Shown here: positions 6,997 through 12,825 of the stretch, piece after piece
How the letters are laid out: each line of letters begins with the position of its first letter
Position numbering within the stretch: the stretch's first letter is position 1
From: Candidatus Hodarchaeota archaeon
GTDB lineage: Archaea; Asgardarchaeota; Heimdallarchaeia; Hodarchaeales; Hodarchaeaceae
Direction: 5' to 3'
Length of the DNA: 12,825 nt
Assembly: GCA_016839785.1 (NCBI GenBank)
Contig: JAEOTQ010000015.1
Coordinates: 1-12,825, forward strand
Notes under the pieces: model-generated
Database searches by the model: none
What the model saw: only the letters and a program-made list of their open reading frames with translations
What the model was told of the DNA's origin: nothing
Translations under genes and position numbers: made by a program

Positions 6997-7230
6997 TTAG
7001 TCCGAAATATCTATTACTTCAAATAATCGAGCAACACAAACGGCTACCTCTGGATCGTCGTCTTTCAAAGCTTCTTCTAATATTGATTTACTTTCTAAAA
7101 AATTATATTTAAATAAATACCGAGCTACAGACATCCTTTCAAACTTGTCTGGATCATTTAACAATTTCTGAATCATTTCGTCACGCATACACGGTTTATT
7201 CGTTGTCAAGTTGATCTTTGACCCCTCCAA
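6997..7230 (-). CDS. Small HEAT-repeat (PBS-lyase type) protein
   Basis: Two repeats: IQKLLNDPDKFERMSVARYL and LEEALKDDDPEVAVCVARLF. TTG start; an internal ATG is also possible. Confidence 0.7.
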   Translation of the reverse strand: MEGSKINLTTNKPCMRDEMIQKLLNDPDKFERMSVARYLFKYNFLESKSILEEALKDDDPEVAVCVARLFEVIDISD

Positions 7231-7296
7231 TATCTTATTTTAAATCATTCTTCCTATAATACCTTGTAGTAGGAGAGATTATTCGTATAATATAGA

Positions 7297-7320
7297 TTTT
7301 AAACTCTCAAGAACTTGAGA
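7297..7320 (+). promoter_or_regulatory. TATA box followed directly by a perfect 7-2-7 inverted repeat (candidate repressor site)
   Basis: TTTTAAAC (7297-7304), then TCTCAAG-AA-CTTGAGA (7305-7320), ending 2 bp before ATG 7323. Confidence 0.5.
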
Positions 7321-7322
7321 AA

Positions 7323-7928
7323 ATGAAATTCTTCTTCAATAATACTGAAACTGTAGAGCTAAAAGAGAGAAAAAGGATGCGAATTAAACAAATTTACAAT
7401 AGAGACCATCAGAAAAATAAGAAGATGGTTTCAGAATATACATCTAAATATTATTATACAGTAGAATCTAAAAAAAAGCCAAATAATGAAGGATGGATAT
7501 TTGAATGGAAAAAAACTCCTTTCAAAGAAATTTTCAGGAAGAAATGGGAGGGAAATTTATTCGAGCTGTTCAAAGGAGAGGCTGAATATTATATAATGGA
7601 AAATACAGAGAATGAGGAAATTGGACTGGTTGTATTTGAACACCTAAGCCATTCAAATCGTACACGTATTTGGGATATTATGATTCAATCAGAATACCAA
7701 AGAAATGGATACGGAACACTTTTACTTAATTATGTGCAAACTAAAGCTGAAAATCTTAAATCCAGAGCATTAGTTTTGGAATGTCAAAATACTAATTATA
7801 AAGCAATTAATTTTTATATAAAAAATGGATTTAATCTCATAGGGTTTGATCTAGAAGCCTATATACAAGAACAAGGAGGGGGAATCGAAGTTAGGTTTGA
7901 AATGGGTAAGAATTTAAGAACTATTTAG
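7323..7928 (+). CDS. GNAT-family N-acetyltransferase (streptothricin acetyltransferase-like)
   Basis: Acetyl-CoA motif A IWDIMIQSEYQRNGYGTLLL and motif B LVLECQNTNYKAINFYIKNGFNLIGFD. The true start may be the later Met at 7377 (MRIKQIY). Confidence 0.88.
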   Translation: MKFFFNNTETVELKERKRMRIKQIYNRDHQKNKKMVSEYTSKYYYTVESKKKPNNEGWIFEWKKTPFKEIFRKKWEGNLFELFKGEAEYYIMENTENEEIGLVVFEHLSHSNRTRIWDIMIQSEYQRNGYGTLLLNYVQTKAENLKSRALVLECQNTNYKAINFYIKNGFNLIGFDLEAYIQEQGGGIEVRFEMGKNLRTI

Positions 7929-8005
7929 TTTAATCGGGTTATAAAAATATCAATCTGAATCAGGTAATAAAATAGCAATTCTATCTTAACACTGGATGAA
8001 AGTTC

Positions 8006-8716
8006 ATGGCTAGAACCAATTCAGCTCACGTTGATGCAAAGGAAATTGATGTTATTTTAACAACTTTAGAAGATGCAACATCAATATTAAAAGATCCATT
8101 AGTTACAAACATATCCAAAACACAACGAAATCCATTTAAAATACTTATTGCTACTATTTTAAGTTTACGAACTAAGGATGAGACTACTTACAAAGCAAGT
8201 AGAGCACTCTTTGATGTAGCTGCAACTCCAGAGGAAATCCTTGAGCTACCTGTAGAGGAACTTGAAAAAATCATATATCCAGTCGGATTTTATCGTCGTA
8301 AAGCAGAAACAATTCGAAATATTTGTCAACGACTTCTAGAGGAATATGATGGGAATGTTCCTTCAACTCTCAAGGAATTACTAAGTTTCAAAGGAGTAGG
8401 AAGAAAAACTGCTAATTTAGTCGTCACTATGGGATTTGGAAAACCAGGGATTTGTGTGGATGTACATGTTGCTCGAATAACACAACGAATTGGTATCATT
8501 CCTATAAAAGGTGAGAAGGAGGGCAAGGTGGTATTTCACGATGCAGATAGCGTTGAAATGATGTTACGTAAAATCCTACCTAATAAATGGTGGATTCCAA
8601 TTAATGATATCTTAGTAAGATGGGGGCAAAATATTTGTACCCCAACAAGTCCAAAATGCAGTCAATGTCCAATCTTTTCAAAATGTTTGAGAATAGGGGT
8701 GAAAAAGAGCCGGTAA
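8006..8716 (+). CDS. nth: Endonuclease III (HhH-GPD DNA glycosylase/AP lyase)
   Basis: PFKILIATILSLRTKDETT, HhH LLSFKGVGRKTANLV with catalytic Lys, ICVDVHV with catalytic Asp, and 4Fe-4S motif C-x6-C-x2-C-x5-C (CTPTSPKCSQCPIFSKC). Confidence 0.95.
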   Translation: MARTNSAHVDAKEIDVILTTLEDATSILKDPLVTNISKTQRNPFKILIATILSLRTKDETTYKASRALFDVAATPEEILELPVEELEKIIYPVGFYRRKAETIRNICQRLLEEYDGNVPSTLKELLSFKGVGRKTANLVVTMGFGKPGICVDVHVARITQRIGIIPIKGEKEGKVVFHDADSVEMMLRKILPNKWWIPINDILVRWGQNICTPTSPKCSQCPIFSKCLRIGVKKSR

Positions 8717-8732
8717 GCTCGATTCATTCTGT

Positions 8733-9893
8733 TTAATATTGTAAACGAGATTGCCTTATTGTAGCAAATGACCCTGTGACATATTTCTCTGTTTCTACTC
8801 CTCCACGAAAGGTATTAGTATTAAATCCTTTTTCTTTAGCTAAAGAATAGGAAATAAATTCTACTGGTATAGTTAATACTAAGGGAGATAGTATCGAATC
8901 ATCAGGTAACAAAAGTGGTAAAGTTCCAGAGGAGGATTGAGTTACTAATTTCTCATTGACAATGATTACAGTTTGAGCTCCAATTTGATTTTTTAAAACT
9001 GGTTCAATTTCCAAAATTCGATCATAACACTTTTCATCTGGGGCTAGGAAGATCACACTTGATTTATTGGTAGTAATAAAATATCTTGTATGACAGTATT
9101 CTTCAATATCACAGGAAAATCCATGAAGAGTGAATTCAAACATTTTATAGGCACCAAACAAGCTAGTAGGAGAATTAGGGCCTGAACCAACAAAAGAAAC
9201 ATTCGTTGCTGTAGTTACTAATGATTGCCCAATTTTTATGAGTTTATCTCTATTATTCACAGCCTTTTCTACAAGAGAAAATGCCTTTCGAACTTTTCCT
9301 AAGTAAATCTCTTGTCTAGAAGACAAAGAAGCAAATAACAGACATAATGTCCCTAAATTCGCCAGATATGTCTTGGTTTGGGCTACATCATTCTGGTAAC
9401 CAATATATTGCTTGGCGACTTCTGAGGTATATGAAGTAGTAAGCAACGATTCAGATGGGGAGGCATGTATTAAAAGATAAATATCAGTTTCTTTTACAAT
9501 TTTTCCTTGGGGATTATCCGTCAATACTAGTGTTCTCGCTTTATGTTTACGAGCAAATCGTAATGCTTCCAATACACGGAGAGTTCCTCCTGAAACGGAA
9601 ATACCTACTACTAATGAGTCCTCAAGTTTTTTCGGGTTAAAATAATTAACAAATTCGAAGGGTTCATAATTACGAACTTCAAATTCAGGACACCACCTTT
9701 CTGCAAGAAGAGCACCGTACCATGCAGCACAATGACTATCACCACACCCAGTTAAGATGATTCTTTTTATATCCATATCTTTAACTATACTAGCGATCTT
9801 ATCAACGCTATTATTGCCAAGGATCGATTGAAGGATACGAGGTTGTTCTAGCATTTCAGTCAGCATATAATCTGGATTATTCATGATCATCAA
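8733..9893 (-). CDS. Double SIS-domain protein (GlmS isomerase-domain/FrlB/GlmD-like sugar-phosphate isomerase, deaminase or deglycase)
   Basis: MLTEMLEQP, LTGCGDSHCAA, GISVSGGT, VAQTKTY, GAYKMFE, IEEYCH. No N-terminal glutaminase domain. The RBS position (GAGG at 9895-9898) favours ATG 9890 or 9884 over TTG 9893. Confidence 0.85.
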   Translation of the reverse strand: MMIMNNPDYMLTEMLEQPRILQSILGNNSVDKIASIVKDMDIKRIILTGCGDSHCAAWYGALLAERWCPEFEVRNYEPFEFVNYFNPKKLEDSLVVGISVSGGTLRVLEALRFARKHKARTLVLTDNPQGKIVKETDIYLLIHASPSESLLTTSYTSEVAKQYIGYQNDVAQTKTYLANLGTLCLLFASLSSRQEIYLGKVRKAFSLVEKAVNNRDKLIKIGQSLVTTATNVSFVGSGPNSPTSLFGAYKMFEFTLHGFSCDIEEYCHTRYFITTNKSSVIFLAPDEKCYDRILEIEPVLKNQIGAQTVIIVNEKLVTQSSSGTLPLLLPDDSILSPLVLTIPVEFISYSLAKEKGFNTNTFRGGVETEKYVTGSFATIRQSRLQY

Positions 9894-9976
9894 TCCTCAA
9901 GTTTAAGAAGTTTATAAGAACTTTAAACGATGTAAACCAATATTTCCCTTATATTATTTACTTGATTCGACTATTT

Positions 9977-10288
9977 TCAGTCTGGAGATTTCCCAAAAAA
10001 TTTTAGAATAAGTACAACAAGTTTCATGATTTTAAGTTTCCTTAGAATCACCAGGGGGAGTTTGGCTCTGATAAAGTAGCTGTAAGCTTCAGGTTCACTA
10101 TATCCCAACTTTTCAGCGAGTTTAACTGATTTTATGTTGTCTGCATCCCATCTAGGATCGAATCCACTCTCTAGAATGTATTCTATCAAGTATGCTGCTG
10201 CTATAGTTGCTAATCCTCTACGACGATATTCTCTTTTTGTTACTATTTGGATTTCATATGCCTGTTCAACAGGAGGATGTGAAGAGTA
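9977..10288 (-). pseudogene. 5'-truncated GNAT acetyltransferase remnant (YdfB/GNAT_acetyltran-like C-terminal half)
   Basis: The frame of the 70-aa ORF stays open 33 codons upstream of its TTG: YSSHPPVEQAYEIQIVTKREYRRRGLATIAAAYLIEYILESGFDPRWDADNIKSVKLAEKLGY. Motif A (YRRRGLAT) lies upstream of any start codon, and the frame is closed by the Hel308 TAA. Confidence 0.75.
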
Positions 10289-12517
10289 TTAGTGAAAAAA
10301 ATCAGGTGTACCATTAACTTCGGCTTGGGTGTCCGCTTCTGATGTCTTAATTTTCTTAGTTTCTTTTAAAATGGCTTTTGCTAGTTCCTTACCAAAACCA
10401 GGAATATTCTTCAGCTTGGATTGACTCATTCCCGCCAGTTGGGTAGTATTACGAATCCTGTGATCAAGTAAAATTCGAGCTCTTTTTCGACCAATACCCT
10501 TAATAGTAGTTAAACTCACTGCATCACTTTTAATACCATATTTAACTCTTTCTGATAAAGACTCGGCCTTTTTAGTCAGAAAAAGAAATCGAGGATTGTT
10601 TTTAGCAAAAATGGAGGCAATTTCACTTATTGCACCAGTAAGCCATGTAGCAGTATCCGTAATTCGGTGAACATCACCGGATCCTATTTTATATCTAAGA
10701 ATTAACTTCTCTATGGGTAATTCATTGACCCAATCCCAAAGGAATAACGCTGTATAGAAATCTCGCAAACGAAAATCATATTCTATATCATCTTTCGTTG
10801 GAGCGGGTTTAATTAGACGCGAGGCAAATTTATCAAATCTTTTTTCAGCCACAGCTTGATTAGCCTTTCCAAACATAAGTGTAACCATATCTGGAGTACC
10901 CACCAACAGATCAAATAAAGCTAATGGATGAATTTTCGATGATCCCCTTTTTACTACCGTTTTTAATCCTTCTACAACATTTGCTGCAGTTTCTGGATCA
11001 AGATACAGTTGACTGACACGGACTCCATAGTGGGTAGCTCTCAGAGTCTCACGTGCATTTAGGGGATCTATCATTTCCCAAACAATCAACATATCTATTA
11101 CCTCCCGAATTTTTCCTTCCAGAAGTACAGCTTCATATTGAAAGCCATAGAATGTTTTTTCGAAAAAATTAAGTAGCTCTTCAACATCACGAATGACTTT
11201 GGAAGCAATCAATCCAAGAATACTGCGCCGAAGGGCTGGCATAGCTGCTAACTTCGAATAGACCGCTTCTGGTCCTTTTAAAATGTATCTATCCATGAGC
11301 CATTGAACAACATGTGGTTGTTTTGCAATTAATAGTGCTTCTCCCTCTGTATCATATTGAGGTCTCCCTGCTCGACCACGCATTTGTTTGTACTCCAGTG
11401 TCATAATAGGATATGAGCCCCGTTCTACTGAATATCGATAAACACTGGAGATAATTACTCGTTTGGCTGGTACATTTATTCCAGCGGCCAAGGTAGGAGT
11501 GGCACAGAGGATTTTTATTATTCCCTCTTTAAAGGATTCTTCAATTATTGTACGTTGATTGGAATTCAACCCAGCATGATGAAATGCTACTCCTTTATGC
11601 ATGCAAGCTACTAATTGTTGGGATAAGGGGTCTGAAATGTTGGTAGTTAATGCTTTGGCTTTTTCAGTCAATTTCTTTTTATCAACGAGTTCAAGCAAGG
11701 GTTCGAGCTGATCACCTATCTTATTGGCAGTGGTAACTGCAGATCTACGAGAAGGATTGAAAATAAGTAATTGTTCTTGTGAATGGAAGGAATCAAGAGA
11801 TAGATTGATTAGGGGTTCTTTTTTCTTGTATGGTATATCACGAGTGGTATAATCGGAATATGTAATATAATTATCATAATAAATCCCTTCCTTCAGTGGA
11901 ACTGGTCGCCAGTCACTTTGTACTAGTTCAGCTTTTAACCATTCAGCTAGTTCTTCACTATTTCCAACTGTGGCACTCAGAGCAACAATTTGCAATTGAG
12001 TGTTTCTAAGTAACAACCGCGCTAATAGTATTTCAAGAGTAGGTCCACGGTGTTGATCATTTAGTAAATGACACTCATCAACAATGACAAGACTTACTTC
12101 TTCCTCTATCCAGCTAACTTGATGTCGTAGAAGCGCATCAAATTTCTCATTTGTGGAGACAATGATATCATACCGAGGAAGATAATGGTCCTTTGAATCG
12201 TAATCACCTGATGTAATTGCAACTTTTACACCTAGATCCTGGAACCGTTTGAAATTTTGATATTTTTCACTTGCGAGTGCACGCAAGGGGCATAAATAGA
12301 CAACTTTGCTTCCTTTTTCTGTTACATGCTGTAATGCGGCAATTTCGGCAAGTAATGTTTTTCCAGCCGCAGTAGGAATAGAAATTACGAGATTTTTACC
12401 TTCTAACAAACCTTGTTTAATAGCTGCTTCTTGGGGAGGATATAACTCCTTTATGCCATCAGCTTCAATGATTATTTTTTTGATTCCAGATTGAACTGGT
12501 AATGCGTCAATATTCAT
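10289..12517 (-). CDS. hel308: ATP-dependent Ski2-like DNA helicase Hel308 (Hjm)
   Basis: ELYPPQ Q-motif, IPTAAGKT, PLRALASEK, DECH, ALSAT, AFHHAGL, ATPTLAAGINVPA, QMRGRAGRPQYD, and C-terminal HhH GIGRKRAR with the RAR motif. 742 aa. Confidence 0.95.
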   Translation of the reverse strand: MNIDALPVQSGIKKIIIEADGIKELYPPQEAAIKQGLLEGKNLVISIPTAAGKTLLAEIAALQHVTEKGSKVVYLCPLRALASEKYQNFKRFQDLGVKVAITSGDYDSKDHYLPRYDIIVSTNEKFDALLRHQVSWIEEEVSLVIVDECHLLNDQHRGPTLEILLARLLLRNTQLQIVALSATVGNSEELAEWLKAELVQSDWRPVPLKEGIYYDNYITYSDYTTRDIPYKKKEPLINLSLDSFHSQEQLLIFNPSRRSAVTTANKIGDQLEPLLELVDKKKLTEKAKALTTNISDPLSQQLVACMHKGVAFHHAGLNSNQRTIIEESFKEGIIKILCATPTLAAGINVPAKRVIISSVYRYSVERGSYPIMTLEYKQMRGRAGRPQYDTEGEALLIAKQPHVVQWLMDRYILKGPEAVYSKLAAMPALRRSILGLIASKVIRDVEELLNFFEKTFYGFQYEAVLLEGKIREVIDMLIVWEMIDPLNARETLRATHYGVRVSQLYLDPETAANVVEGLKTVVKRGSSKIHPLALFDLLVGTPDMVTLMFGKANQAVAEKRFDKFASRLIKPAPTKDDIEYDFRLRDFYTALFLWDWVNELPIEKLILRYKIGSGDVHRITDTATWLTGAISEIASIFAKNNPRFLFLTKKAESLSERVKYGIKSDAVSLTTIKGIGRKRARILLDHRIRNTTQLAGMSQSKLKNIPGFGKELAKAILKETKKIKTSEADTQAEVNGTPDFFH

Positions 12518-12540
12518 TGGTACCCCAAATAATCAGATGA

Positions 12541-12825
12541 TTAAATCTTCTGAACCCGACCTGGTTGGGGCTCGAACAATTTTCCTATTCGAATCATTTT
12601 GGCTAAAGCTTGCTCAACTTGGTTTCGATCTAAACCATCTTCAACCGCTTGATTAATGATTGAATTTATGGCAATAGGTTCATTTTCTGATTCCTTTAAC
12701 ATATTATCAATTAATGCGTCAATCCGATCCAGTCTTCTTCGACTTTGATCACTTAGACCAGAAGAATATTTATCGATGTCTAGTTTCCCCGTCTCAGCAT
12801 CCTTAGCTAATTTTTCTAATGTCGC
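12541..12825 (-). CDS. mcm: Replicative helicase MCM, C-terminal end (partial; not in the ORF track)
   Basis: Manual translation: ATLEKLAKDAETGKLDIDKYSSGLSDQSRRRLDRIDALIDNMLKESENEPIAINSIINQAVEDGLDRNQVEQALAKMIRIGKLFEPQPGRVQKI*. DxETGKLDID and GxxFEPxPG are hallmarks of the archaeal MCM linker and C-terminal winged helix. It ends 23 bp before hel308. Confidence 0.88.
   Translation of the reverse strand, partial: ATLEKLAKDAETGKLDIDKYSSGLSDQSRRRLDRIDALIDNMLKESENEPIAINSIINQAVEDGLDRNQVEQALAKMIRIGKLFEPQPGRVQKI

Noticed and set aside
8326-8526. 66-aa minus-strand ORF
   Set aside because: Antisense to nth.
9455-9640. 61-aa plus-strand ORF
   Set aside because: Antisense to the SIS-domain gene.
8733-9893. 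Calling the SIS gene glmS
   Set aside because: Lacks the N-terminal Cys glutaminase domain and the C-terminal PRNLAKSVT motif.
12306-12494. 62-aa plus-strand ORF
   Set aside because: Antisense to the hel308 Walker A region.
1-12825. CRISPR array, tRNA/rRNA, transposase/integrase or intein
   Set aside because: No periodic direct repeats, cloverleaf or rRNA-like GC-rich tracts, recombinase motifs, or intein-sized insertions were seen by eye.

Overview
AT-rich archaeal window. The gene content (archaeal MCM-Hel308 pair, Arf-like small GTPase, GGTGA/GGAGG ribosome-binding sites, BRE/TATA-like promoters) suggests Asgard archaea, but that is an inference. In order: an uncalled partial CDS at the left edge, a double winged-HTH regulator divergent from a lipase-type alpha/beta hydrolase, a tandem pair of diverged MscS-family genes, an AbrB/ACT-like small protein, a ~770 bp non-coding gap, a two-gene unit (Arf-like GTPase plus a 331-aa partner), a small HEAT-repeat protein, a GNAT acetyltransferase, endonuclease III, a SIS-domain sugar-phosphate enzyme, a 5'-truncated GNAT remnant in frame directly after the Hel308 stop, Hel308, and the uncalled 3' end of MCM. 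The best candidate for an undescribed system is the GTPase pair: the partner has GAP1-N2/GAP1-M-like (possibly DENN-like) motifs fused to an Spt5-type KOW domain. Three intergenic regions also carry perfect 16-bp dyads. No rRNA, tRNA, CRISPR array or mobile element was seen. All family calls come from motif recognition by eye; no database search was run.
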